64,000 nucleotides of DNA, from positions 62,001 through 126,000 of the forward strand of contig JAQGDQ010000037.1 in the NCBI GenBank assembly GCA_030141605.1, written 5' to 3'. Positions 17,701 through 30,120 of this stretch are shown piece after piece. Made by a program: the position numbers and the translations under genes. Under the pieces are notes generated by a model that saw only the letters and a list, made by a program, of their open reading frames with translations, did not search any database and was not told the DNA's origin. Position 1 is the first letter of the stretch. Each line of letters begins with the position of its first letter. The stretch comes from Tubiluchus corallicola (taxonomy: Eukaryota > Animalia > Priapulida).

Positions 17701-19790
17701 AAGCAGTTAAAACATCCAAAATTTTCTCATTCACTTCCATATTTCGTAATTGCTTTGTGAGATCACTACTTATTGCAGTTTTGAATAATTGATTACTTCG
17801 TGATCTAATGTAGTAGTGGAAGCAAATCCTGCATGATGCTGGATGTTGATTGCATGATGCTGAATCATGTGTGCCGCGGGTCTTAGATATTGTACATTAG
17901 TGCAACTGCAGCCCACTGTATGTGGAACATTTTGGAAAACTCTGTTATGTTTACAAAATATTTTTTACCATTTAGAATAGTTTTAAATCAAAACTATCAT
18001 TAAAATTGATTGACTGAGCTATTTTAGGGTCTTATTCAATTTCTTCTAAGCGATAGTCTGCTTATTGGCATTATTTAAAACAGTAATATCTGTGAAAGAT
18101 TCGACAGAAGTTTCTGGTTTTTAGTTTTAAAGTTTCCTGTTACTGATTATGAGACTAATTGTCATTGCTTCATAAAATTTATAGGTTTTAAAAGAAACGA
18201 ATATGCACCACTTAAGATTGTTGCACACGTTAGCAAAAATTTCGTCTCTATGTTTTCTCCCTGTATGGTTACTGACAGATGTTAGGAGTATGGTTTCACC
18301 CAATAGTGGGGTAAGTATTTTATACGTTGATTATACTAGAGAAAATTAATTTGTAATAAATGCCAAATTTGTAAACTTTGGTTATTTCAACATGTATATT
18401 TGCAATTATAAACGTTTATAACCACTTGGTTAGTATAATTTTGAACACTATTTATACCTATAAAATGTTAAATAGTAGACAAATGCTAACTACGTAGTAT
18501 GAAATGTCAAGGCTTTTTAAATGTATATTGTTTAATACTTACCATAGCAGTTCGATTTACAGATACCGATTATATATTATGTAGTCTATATGTACATTCA
18601 ACTATAGTACCTAGAATTCTAGATTTTAATTAACAATTTTACTATGATTATAACAAAACGAGAAATACAAATAATACTATGTATACTAATAAAATGTGAT
18701 TTGGTGATTAATTAATTTAACACAGTTGGTCAAGTTACTGATGATATATTTTTTCTATTTTTTACAATGAGAAGAATTGTTCTTATTTTTAGAAAAACTA
18801 GGTGCGGTCGTATGACTTATTGATTACTAAATAGCATAATATATTGCTATTTTGTGATCCAGTCATGTCATTAATTAGTAAATAAGTAATGTCATGGTTT
18901 GTTTGAATTTTCAGATCTCCTATGGAAACTCAAGGCAAGCTATGTTGTTATTGGTAATTGACGGCTTCCTCAGTTTTGCACAAAACTTTGTGGCTTTTAG
19001 TGTCTTGCACCTTGTTTCATCTCTAAGTTATTCTGTAGCCAATGCAACAAAGCGCATCTCAGTCATCACTGCATCGTTGTTTTTTCTGCAGAATCCAGTT
19101 ACGCCCATGAATGTGTTTGGCATGTTCACGGCAGTTTCCGGAGTTTTGTTTTATAATAAGGTAACATACTTAACATGACTTGCATTTTCTAAAGAGAACA
19201 TAACTGTTATTCAGCTTTATTAAATCTGCAAACTCCATTATTAGTGGTTAGAAACATCTATAAATTATTGTAATATGGTTGTCACACTGTTAACTAACTT
19301 TCGATATGTCTCAGTTTCAGCAATTACATGTTTAATAGTAGATCTACCATGCTGTAGACCTTAATTATGTGGGCTAATAAAATCTTATTTATAATATGTT
19401 TTTTCTTTAACTACTGCAAGAATTCTACCACAGTAGTGATGACTATTATGCGTAAACACAGTAATTGCTCAACTACCTTATGTCAGTTCCACCCTGTAAA
19501 ATGTATTTCAGGCCAAGCTAGATCAACACAAGGAAGAGCATCGCAAATCAGTACTTCCCTACACGAAAAGTGATACCCATTTGTTGAAATTAGCCAACAA
19601 GAATGACTACCTCTTTGACTTACAGCACAAGAATGGCTTTCACATCAACAAGAACACCTTTCATCAGTCTCCCAGCATGTATGGTCCGACTGCCATGTTT
19701 CAACAAGGGAGCAACTTGTTACTAAATGGTGTCGTTGATGATAATGAGCATCTTCATCAAGGGGCAGCCTTTAGATTATTCCGAAGCTGA
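14755..19790 (+). CDS. SLC35E1: Solute carrier family 35 member E1 (triose-phosphate/nucleotide-sugar transporter family); exons 14755(or 14773)-15094, 15480-15550, 16414-16551, 18185-18310, 18915-19160, 19512-19790
   Basis: Motifs [39 protein letters not shown]|[63 protein letters not shown]|AKLD match SLC35E1. GT-AG introns keep the frame to TGA 19788-19790 (~393-399 aa). Confidence 0.93.
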
Positions 19791-22700
19791 TTTATGCTTT
19801 ACCCATAGATCTATGTTTGTATAATACTGTTACAGCTTATAGCAGAATTATATGTTTTTCTGTTTTGTTAAATTATGGGAGCAGTATTTTAGGTTATTGA
19901 TGTTTATTGGTTACTAGGTAATCAATATGTCTTGGTGCTGTTAGTCAATTTATTAAAGTTTAAGCGTAAATATTAAAACATGATTACAGTCAAGTCTGCT
20001 TAAGACTGCTCTGCTAACTCTGAGTTCACTTTTAGTTTAACTTGTGTTGTATCTATATTCCAGTGGGCTTCTGTACATATTAATATGTAGCCATTTAACC
20101 GATATTTCACTTACAGACCGAATTTAGCATTTTTAAAAATACGAATTCAGCACTTAAATGTAAAGAAAGTGACAAATAACTCTCAATGTGCCTTTTCAAA
20201 ACTACCTTTAAGAACATTTAGGCAAAGTTTCCTAGTAACCCCTACTACATACAATAGTTACACCAACAAGCTACTGTTGAAATTTGTTTAATCATGTGAA
20301 TAAACTTATCAGTGTTTCACTTCCACTTTCAGTGTTTTTATACTGAAAATTTAAAACACCAATTTTCCAGTAAGCCGAAAAATAACTGTAGATGTTGATT
20401 TATTTTTTTAGTCTGTGAAGGGACCTCTCTATTTGTTACTAATGGTCGTGTGAAGGAGAATAAACTTATTTTTATTCGTATTTGTAAAAGAATGTTGGTA
20501 ACCTAAAGAATACTAGAAATTTTATCTGAAAAGAATTATTATATATCATTAAATCTAGATGATTGCTTAATTTTTTAAGTAGACTTTCTATATAATTTCG
20601 TATAAAGTTGTATGTTTGTCAGCCCTTCATTCATTATCTATGAAAATAATCAAATCATTCAAATCGTGGCATGTGTATATATATTCTGACAGGAGGAATC
20701 TGCTAGAAGTATTGGTTACTAAGCAACCCAAACGAAATGTTTGTGGTTGGACTGACATTCACTAATTACGTCATTAATAAAAACAATACAGTGCCCCAAC
20801 TTTTTCCTGTTAGAGGAAACTTTCAGAATTAAAACTCATTTGTGAAATGATTCACCGTGACATTCATTCATAACAACTTCTTTGATCCTCACAGCACAGC
20901 TAAACTTGAGCAGACTTGTCTGTACATATTGGAGTCTTGGGTTTATTTGTAAATTAGTGGCACTTTCACTGTTAAATAGATGAATATTCATACAATTCAA
21001 TAAGCCTGTAGGTATTGAACTTCAATTTCTAATTTTTTCTTTTGGATTGAAATTTAATCTAGGTTCTTAATCTCACTTCTAGGGTTATGTACTTGCAGAG
21101 ATCGATCATTTTTTCATCCAGAATTACTATAAGTAAGCAAGTAAGTTACCCATTTGTTTAGTTAAGTTTAAATGCAGTATAATAGTAATTGTAGTTAGTC
21201 AACAACAGCATATATCATTTACGATTCATACATATCAAGCGAGCCTTTGGAACAATATTAGAAGTAGGCTATGAATGATTAGCATAATCACGTTTAAAAA
21301 GCATTTATTGCACACGTTACTATATTGTGAAAATACGTCTAGTATATTTTGTTAGTTGGTGACTCAAGAAGATTATAAGCTTATACATAATTGTTCATAT
21401 AAGATTATGTATATATATATTTGTATTATTATGTGTGAAAGACATACTCATAGAGTTGTCTGCAATCAGCTGTGTTCTTACATGTTGGTAGCTTTCCATA
21501 TATTTCTGCATTATGTATAAATATTGTTCTGATAAAATTGGGTCTGTTAGTTTTTTTAAGTGAATTGATATGCCAAGAGTTTAGTTTAACAATGATAATG
21601 ATGATGCAAGAATAGTTGACATGAAAGTTAGACAACTAGAATTACAATTATAAAAATTTTCCGTTTGTAGCTTTTATGTTAAAATAGACATTTTTTATGT
21701 TGTTATGTGGCTGGTACCACTATAAATAAGTTAGTCGTATAACATAAAGACGCTTCTTGGAAACTCTTTAATCATTTTTTGCTCATGCCTCTTGTTGCTT
21801 TGCAACAATCTATTTTTAAGCTAGCACAGCATAAGAAAACATTAAAACACCCTGTAGATGGCCCTAGTAGAAGGACTAATAAAATATTAAAAAAGAATAG
21901 ATGATAAATGTTTCCTGCAATAATCTTTAGCGTCCTTGCTTTATTTAGACAATAAAAATGTTTCAATCATTCTTCTGATACATTCTGTTTTGGCCAGAAG
22001 TTGTGTTAAAATTACTCGTTATACTTTCTTCACTATGAATAAGCGATACTGAATCTGTAAAGTCCTATTTCTGGACACCCAATTTTAAATGCAACTTTTA
22101 ATCTAATACGCCAGTCGGCCTTGTCTTTTTAAAAAAATTGAATTGAGTCGGTACAGTGCCGGTCTTAGGGTATCTCGGGCCTTGACTAAAGTATACCGCA
22201 CGATCCTCCTCACACCCCCATGGCACCAGTCAATTTGTTTTGAATGATTTCAATGATAGCCATGATATTTTAGTAAATTGTGAACAAGTGCTTAGAATTA
22301 AGCTATGTAAGTGCAACCTGTACGACTGCACGGTTCGCACGTCCCAAGGCTGGTACTGGTCAGTTTTACAGTGATAGCTGTTGTCGATTATGCAGTGGTT
22401 AGGTAGATAATTAAACAATACAGTAATACAATTATATGAACATGGACTGCCTTTATTGACTGATCCTGGTATGTGCAATCTGCAGTATAACTTGTTCATA
22501 CATTTAATAGCATACTTTAATTATGTTGTTTAAAAGTACTTTTGCTTAGATATAAATTATGCGGGAGTTATTATATGGTACAATTTTTTTGCACTGCTAT
22601 TAACACTTTGTTGCTGTTTTTGTTCTTACGGATCTGAAAGTTTTGTCAATGGCAAATATGGTTAAATTCTTATGTGATTTCCCAAAGCAAGGTGGGGCTG

Positions 22701-25542
22701 TAGCAAAGGATTTCAGTCAGGATAAACTTTTGATTTGGAACAAGAAACTAATATAAACGTATTAACGTAAGCTTGTGAGGATGCATTTTAGAGAGTTATT
22801 TCAAGTTTTATCTGTGAATTGTTCAGTTCGCCACACCGATACGCCTGTCTAATCTAGATGGTTGTTGCAGGACCGGAACCTAACTAATTGTGAAGAATAA
22901 TCTTATAATGCGTGACACTAAACTAGCTGAGGTAAATTGCTTGTCGACTCAGTCACTTAAATGCGTTATTGCTGAGAAGCGTAGACTATTTTTTATTTAT
23001 CTTATTTTAAATTTAATCAATACATATAAAGTACTATATAAAAACAGTTTACAGATGCAAAATATAAACCTATATACATCTATCTTCAATTTTTTTATTT
23101 TGAACTATCAATCTGATTACTTTATCTTGATTATTTTTGTTTTCAAAGTTACTGACTAATTAATACCCCCACAAAAATTTGTCACCGATTTGGTACTATA
23201 TATGCGTTACAAAACTTTAGTTGTCTAATTATTAGCATTTTTTCAGTAGTCTAAGCGTTGTGCAGTTTTGTGCTGTTGTGGGGTATAGGCGACTAACGAC
23301 TGGGAGTTAATATTTTTTATCATTGCACCTGTTTCTAGGGTATATGTTGATATAACGTCTTAGTTGTTATTCTTTTTTCTCAAATGGATCAAAAGCCATT
23401 TTTGCTATTGCTATTGTACTTGCGTTTATCTATATGCGATAAACTTTAGGAAATCGAAGCTTTCAGGAACTAATGCAGAAAACGAAGCTGGAGAACATTG
23501 AACAGCAAAATGATTCACTAATGAAGTGTTTGCAACCAGACCAGAGTTATGGTTGTGAAGTTTATGAAAACAGTGATTTTGAAACGCGTAAGAAGGGAAA
23601 TTTTCATACGAAATGGTTGAGAGAAAATGTAGCTGAAAGTACTTTCTTGAATAGTATGTGCATGTAGGGGCGTTCTACAAAAAATGCAGAAATTTTAATT
23701 GCTTTAGAAGACCCATCTTGAATGGTATCGTGAACTCAACTTCAAATTCAGTCAACACGAAGCTGTACTTGACAATTAATACACTGTAATACGTAGTAAT
23801 TATATAAGCCTAACACCCGGATACCATTATCTATATATATATATTGTATAAGCTGTATGGCAGACATGACGGAGAAAAGATTAACAGACAAAAGCTAAGA
23901 AGAATGAAAATAATGACATTGGTAAAACATATGGAAGCAGACACTAGGTCGGTTCTAGGTAGTCTGACACTGTAGGCGAAAGTTTTTTTACCGCCCCATC
24001 CGCTAAGGCTTCCCCCACGATCCCCACCCTTTAAACTGATTTTTTTGTTTATAATAGCAACAACTGTGTTTTAGTTGTCATGTTAGTATCTGCAATAGGT
24101 ATTACTGTCATTCTCACAATCATTGACGTCTTGGTTAATACACCACTACGCCATTTCCTAAATTAAATAAGGCAATGTTTACTTTGTTACGTAAAGCAAA
24201 AGCTCATTTTGTTGTTATTAACTTGTTTAATGAGTTTAGTTATCTCTGATATTAGAGAGCAATAATACTTAGCATAACTGTATTACTGAATACACTAGAA
24301 AGATAAACATAGGACAATGTACAACGTGCAAATAAATAACGCATCAGTAGACTTTGTTAATTGTATATAAGAGGCAGCAGGTTCTCTATTTGTACAGGAG
24401 AGTCGGCTTTCAGTATATTTGTAAGCACTTCTTGCTTATTGTACCAAAAAAACTTACAACACTTTAGTTGCTAATGCTACTTTGCATCAAATAAAATACT
24501 AAAAATTTGTTGGTTTTTGTAGAGGATATTGGCATTATTAATTTTATCAGATTTAAACGTTTCCGTTCTGTGGCGCCACCTGACCAGAATTATTCAAATA
24601 AACTTGAACTAAGCAAGCAGGTGGGCAGTCAATACCTGATGTTTGGCAATGATGTATCTGTAAAATATTCGTCAGAGAGAAATCACATATTAAACGTTAA
24701 AAGTCAATTTAAGCTACATATTGAAGTTGTCTGAAGTTTTTATTTATGGTAGTTTATAGACGAAACAGTTTTGACTTTGTTCTGATTACTTGAAAACGAC
24801 ACACTTAACCTACATCTATCATAGGAGAGACGTTCATAATAATTATGTTACAGAATATACTAGGAAGATGAAATGCAGTGAATTTGAGCAGCAGAGTGCT
24901 GCTCAAACACTGATTTATCTTCTCACCTTATCACCTTCTTTTATCTTAATTTTAATCTTAGTATATTTTATTATGCATTGTAATTCTAATGTTCATTGCT
25001 AAATCATCAATCTGATCCACACGGGTACATTTTAATGAATTATGTTTAACAGTTTAAACTTTAACTCATAAACATTAAAAATAATTTCTGCTCGCTTTAA
25101 TGTTAGCAGAATTCCCATGTCTTAGAAAGAGGAAAATTTTTTACTCATATTATTTTGCAATTATGTCTCATTTTAATTTATTCAATATTATACTACATGT
25201 AATTGAAACATTTATTTTCAGCAATGAACATTACTGAAACGTCTTGATTTTAACAAAGACTTTATGCAACAAGACAAATTATTATTTTTTTAGTTTTCTT
25301 TTATCACAAACTAACCTTATAAACAATTTCCTTCTAACCACGAACAGCCGAATCCGGTAATACGATTTGGCTTATAACGAAACTCTCAGTAGTACTATTA
25401 TTTCATTATGTTCATGCCCACTAACGTAATGACATAATATGGTTAATGCGAAACTCATTACTACGAAACCCCGTTTTGTACGATGTTTTCCCAAATCCTG
25501 CCAAAATAATTTTAACGTAAATAAAACTAACTTAAGCAAAAA

Positions 25543-25850
25543 CTCTCTCTCTCTCTATCTCTCCCTCTCTCTCTATCTCGCTCACTCTCTCCCGCTCCAT
25601 TACTTTTTTGTACTACTATCACTATAATTATTTCATTTATTATCGCTTTTTCTTTTCTAATTTTTCCTTGTAATTTTATTGTAAATGTGCGACGTTGTAT
25701 TTTGTAAAATGAACTGTGGTTTGCAATAAACGTATAAAATCAAAAATCAAAAGGATCTCTCTTTCTCTCTCTCTCCGTCTATCTTTTTCTCCCTCTACCT
25801 ATCTATTTACCTATCTCTCCCCCTCAACTGTTGCTCTCTTTCTCCCTGGC
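25543..25850. repeat. Two degenerate (CT)n/polypyrimidine microsatellite blocks
   Basis: ctctctctctctctatctctcc... at 25543-25600 and 25756-25850. Confidence 0.7.
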
Positions 25851-26953
25851 ATCAAACAGTTTTGAAATGCCCCAATGATATTTCTAATGTTTACAAATTT
25901 CTCTCTCGTTTAGTCCTAGCCCTAAGAACGCAAGTGTGCTTCAGTTTATAATGTTGTTTCCAGGAGGTAAGCTACGCTTCGTGTAACACAGTGGCCAGGT
26001 TATTTCGACACTGGCGAGCCGCCCTGCCTAAAGCTAACTAGTTGACACTTGGAACTGAAACAGCAAGGTGTCGGAGAGTTAAATAATTACCGATCGAACA
26101 ATTACCGTTCACTGATCAAAAGCAGACCTGTGTAGACACTACCTACGTCAGTTAATTATTGCTATTTTTCATTAGAGATAGCATATGACATTGCGTTAAA
26201 AATACGCGTAATGGATAGTACAAAACTACGATAGTGTTAATTTACTGTGGATAAATTTGATACGCAGTAAAAGCAATCGGTTTGCATCACATCCGGTATT
26301 AAAAGTTTCTTTACAAATTGATATCTCGTAACATTTTTCAGAAAACTAGACTGATCTTTTTCTCTAACTTTTTCCCAGACTTTGTATTCTTCGTGTTCTT
26401 ATTTACTGCTGTATAAGAAAACGCTTAATTACATCATGCTGACCTGCAAGTAATTCAGTACGTTGTCAGTTTATCATAGATAAAAGATAAGATGCAGTTT
26501 ATTCCAGGTAAAAATACAATATCAATATACATATTTAATTTATAATCTTAATTTATATGCTTCTATTTTTTAATGTTGGTCCGAAATAAAACTGTCTAAC
26601 ATTTAGGCTACGGTTTTTCTTAGAGAACAAAATAATTGGTTCCCCCAAAATGTTTCTATTTATTTATGGATTAATTAAGATCAGATACGACACCGTTGAA
26701 CACGTATGAGTGTGGCGATAATATGGAGATCCTGAAAAAAAAAGACGTGTAACTTGTCAGATAATATCACCAAAGGACGCTTATTGAGGACACTTCCTGG
26801 GAAGTGAACTCCTCCCCCCGTCGGAAGCGAATATTTTAACTTCCTTTTTAATGTTTCTTGACACGTTGTATGAAGCATCCTCGTAACCAACTACTGGTAC
26901 TTTCTCGACTGTCTTCCTCTCAAAAGTTTTTAAATTCACATCCATTATAGAGA

Positions 26954-27426
26954 AAATGCAGCTTTGAGGGGACAAAAATTGTTGCATAAACAATCACATT
27001 TATTTTCTCCCAAGGTGTTCAAGAGAAAATTAACATCAACAGAAATAATTTATGTTAGAGTGAATATGAATTTACTGTTGAATATGTACAGTGCATGTAT
27101 TTATGAAACCTATTTTATCAAACCTATTTACAAAGCAAAAACAATGCAATAAGAAAACATAAAAATTATTAATGTTTATGTGAAAATGAACTTATGAAAT
27201 GACTTATGAAAATGTAGCTTTGGCGGGTCAAAAATTATTGCATAAACATAATCACATTTACTTTCTGCCAAGATGTCCAAAAGAAAATTAACATCAAACA
27301 GAAATAATTTACGTCAGAATGAATATGAGTTTACTATTGAATATGTACAGTACATGTACTTATGAACATATCAAACCTATTTACAAAATAAGACAATGCA
27401 ATAAAGAAAACATGAAATTATTAATG
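26954..27426. repeat. Tandem duplication of a ~220-bp unit downstream of FoxE
   Basis: ~26954-27174 and ~27209-27426 align, e.g. caaaaatt(g/a)ttgcataaaca...gaaaattaacatcaa...ttgaatatgtacagt...tcaaacctatttacaaa...acaatgcaataa. Confidence 0.8.
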
Positions 27427-27971
27427 CAATATTACTGACAAGGCATCAAGATTACTGTTAACGTATTGTATAATCGTAGCCTATGTATTAGTATTATGAT
27501 TAATTGATTACAGAAACGTTTTTATCACCTATAGAATCAACAGATCGACGATATTTTACCGTAATAAGTTTTTAGTGCTTAATATTTATATATCAAATGT
27601 AATTAGACCTAATATTAATAACTTACCTTAGAAGATAAATGTAAATACTAAATACCCTAGTGCGCATTTTTTGCAGCATTGCTCGCAAAGCTGAAATAAT
27701 AGTGGTATAAAGGATTTGAAAGATGTTTTGCTATCCGGGAGATCCACGTTCTTTAAGATATGAAAAGAAGTTTGCTCGTTTGAGATGAGCATGTAAAATC
27801 AAGACGGAATGCACATGTAAATAGTTCGTTAACTAAAGATTCCATTTTTTCCAGATTTGACTAAAAATTACAGAAATATTTGCTCTAACTACAAAAATGC
27901 AAGAAGTTATCAATACTGTGTAAATACCTGCCGTTTTTAAACGCTAACAAATGTGCTTTAAAAACACCCGA

Positions 27972-29057
27972 TCATACAGTATCATAACCGTAGCCTAAAA
28001 CTGTTGGATGCTGGTGCATCATACCCTCTGCCATTGAGAAGGGTGGTCTATCATAAGAGGCTGTTTCTACACCTGAAATGTTCATATAATAATTTGGGTG
28101 TACGCTGCCCAAATGAGCCTGAGAATTGTAGGGAAGAGGTAGATTGGGATAACCAGCTGCAGGTTCACCGTAATGCCCAAACATCAGAGGATTGTTGTAA
28201 TATCCATAGAACGGTTGCAATTGTGTCATAGTTCGGGGCGTATTTGTTTGCGAAGAGTCCGAGGAAGCTCCAGGAGACGTCGACGATGTGTAGCGCTCAT
28301 CAGAATCCGGATGATTCGGATTAACAATTCCCGTATTTTCAATGAACTTAGTGGTCACCGTGGCTTCGTTATACCACGGAGTAACTGATGACATGTTGGC
28401 TTCTTGCGGGGGTGACCTATTGTGAAACTGTGTCGTAACTTCTGGAACATGGGGTGCCCAGTTTTCGTTGAATGACAGTGATGGATGCACAACAGTGTTC
28501 GGTGGAGCTTTCTCTTTTGCTGCTAGCACCGATTTAATTTCTTTGGCACTGTCGTTGCGCCTAAATCGCCTCCTTCGCCTTAAGAATGTCCCGCTATCGA
28601 ACATGTCCTCGCAAGCAGGATCAAGGGTCCACAGGCAACCCTTCCCGGGACATTTTGGCTCTCTAGGCACTTTCACGAAACAGTCGTTCAGTGTCAAATT
28701 GTGTCGAATCGAGTTCTGCCACTTTATTGTTGTCGTTTTGTAAAAGTCAAACTTTTCACGAACAAATTTATAGATCTCGTCGACGCCACATTTTCTTTCT
28801 GGAGCATTAGCTATGGCCATGGATATTAGAGCTATATAACTGTACGGCGGCTTACCACGCTGTACTGGTCGTTTTCTTTCGCGTTTCTTGCCTGAGGTTT
28901 TAGTTCTTACTACTTCACCTTCTTCCAGTACATATTCGGCGTTTCGATCACCATCGTATGACTGTTCATAAAACCCTTCATCCAAACACTCGACGGACGA
29001 GGACTGGATTTTAAGACCCTGTTGCGAAGCAGGTTTACACACATGCACTTCGTTCAT
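27972..29057 (-). CDS. FoxE: Forkhead box transcription factor FoxE (intronless, 361 aa from ATG 29057)
   Basis: [28 protein letters not shown]...[22 protein letters not shown]...[26 protein letters not shown]. The RKRP(V/L)[10 protein letters not shown]-flank and NLTLNDCF are FoxE signatures. It is a single uninterrupted ORF with a TATATA-like element ~80 bp upstream on the minus strand. Confidence 0.9.
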   Translation of the reverse strand: MNEVHVCKPASQQGLKIQSSSVECLDEGFYEQSYDGDRNAEYVLEEGEVVRTKTSGKKRERKRPVQRGKPPYSYIALISMAIANAPERKCGVDEIYKFVREKFDFYKTTTIKWQNSIRHNLTLNDCFVKVPREPKCPGKGCLWTLDPACEDMFDSGTFLRRRRRFRRNDSAKEIKSVLAAKEKAPPNTVVHPSLSFNENWAPHVPEVTTQFHNRSPPQEANMSSVTPWYNEATVTTKFIENTGIVNPNHPDSDERYTSSTSPGASSDSSQTNTPRTMTQLQPFYGYYNNPLMFGHYGEPAAGYPNLPLPYNSQAHLGSVHPNYYMNISGVETASYDRPPFSMAEGMMHQHPTVLGYGYDTV

Positions 29058-30022
29058 GATTGCTAAGCTTATTGTATGATTAATGCTGTACCACACACAA
29101 ACACCGTAACATGTATCTACTCACTTCCCGGTAGTATATATGTATAGTTTAAACTAGTTTCCCTGAATACAGGAACACTTGTATTCGTTTCAAACCTGCA
29201 AGTGAAACTGTCCCACATGTAGGCCGGGTTGACCAGCCGTAATTCTACGCCTCGTCAGCTCACATGCAGGCTTCGATAGCCAGGCACCGTGGGAAGAGTG
29301 GAAGGGGCGGATAAATTAGGCCGCCAAGCCACAAGCGCGTGACTTACTTCTATAACAACCTTTTTTTACTAAAAGAGCTAGTTTCAATCTCAGATAAATA
29401 TGACTGCAAGTGGATCATACTAACTTAAACTCCAGCCTTTTTTATAAAATAATTATTAATGTAGCAAAATAAATTACGTATTCTTACTTTGTTGGACCCT
29501 TTTAGGGTGTAGTATTCTCACAAAAAAGGTGCGTCCCACGTGTTCCAAAGACGATGTATGCTTTACGGATTCTTTAAGTAAAAAAAGCAGTAAAATAAGT
29601 AGAAAAATCAAGTTTTTTAGTACAGAAAATGGCCGTTTGCCTTAGTTACCGCCTTTTGGATAGATATAGAAACATACTTTTGCTACATAATAACGTAAAA
29701 TTCATATCGAGTTTGTTCCTCTTTGCTTTTAAACTTTTTATTCGTTGCTAATTATGCTGAACTAGTTGAATGGGTATTTATTTAACAGGTTAACTCAATT
29801 TTTTGATCACCTAACTGCAGCCATTTTCAAACGATTAAATCTAAATCCTAATCTTTCGAGGTGTTAGTGAACCAATAAAACAGTTGTCAATTATAGTAAT
29901 ATAATATGACAACTCACTAAAGGTCCGTAGACAGTTTTTTATTATTTCAAATGATAAGATCAGCGTATAAGAAGAATAAATGAAAAGTAATATCATTTCA
30001 TAAATTAGATTACTATAATTAA

Positions 30023-30120
30023 TGGTGATGATGATGATGATGAAGACGACGACGATGATGCTGATGATGGCAATGATGGCGATGATGACAAGAGTAAGGA
30101 TCATGACGTCGACAACGATA
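30023..30120. repeat. Degenerate (GAT/GAC)n trinucleotide microsatellite
   Basis: ggtgatgatgatgatgatgaagacgacgacgatgatgctgatgatggcaatgatggcgatgatgac...; this explains the Ile/Val-rich spurious ORF 29841-30152. Confidence 0.75.

Noticed and set aside
17140-17940. Weak inverted similarity in SLC35E1 intron 3 (cacacatgat..catgcaa..cagcatca)
   Set aside because: Too degenerate to define termini or a TSD by eye; probably an old MITE but not supportable.
29185-29205. MEF3/Six-like site (caaacctgca) upstream of FoxE suggesting Six1/2 regulation
   Set aside because: It is an imperfect match to GAAACCTGA, and such short matches are expected by chance.
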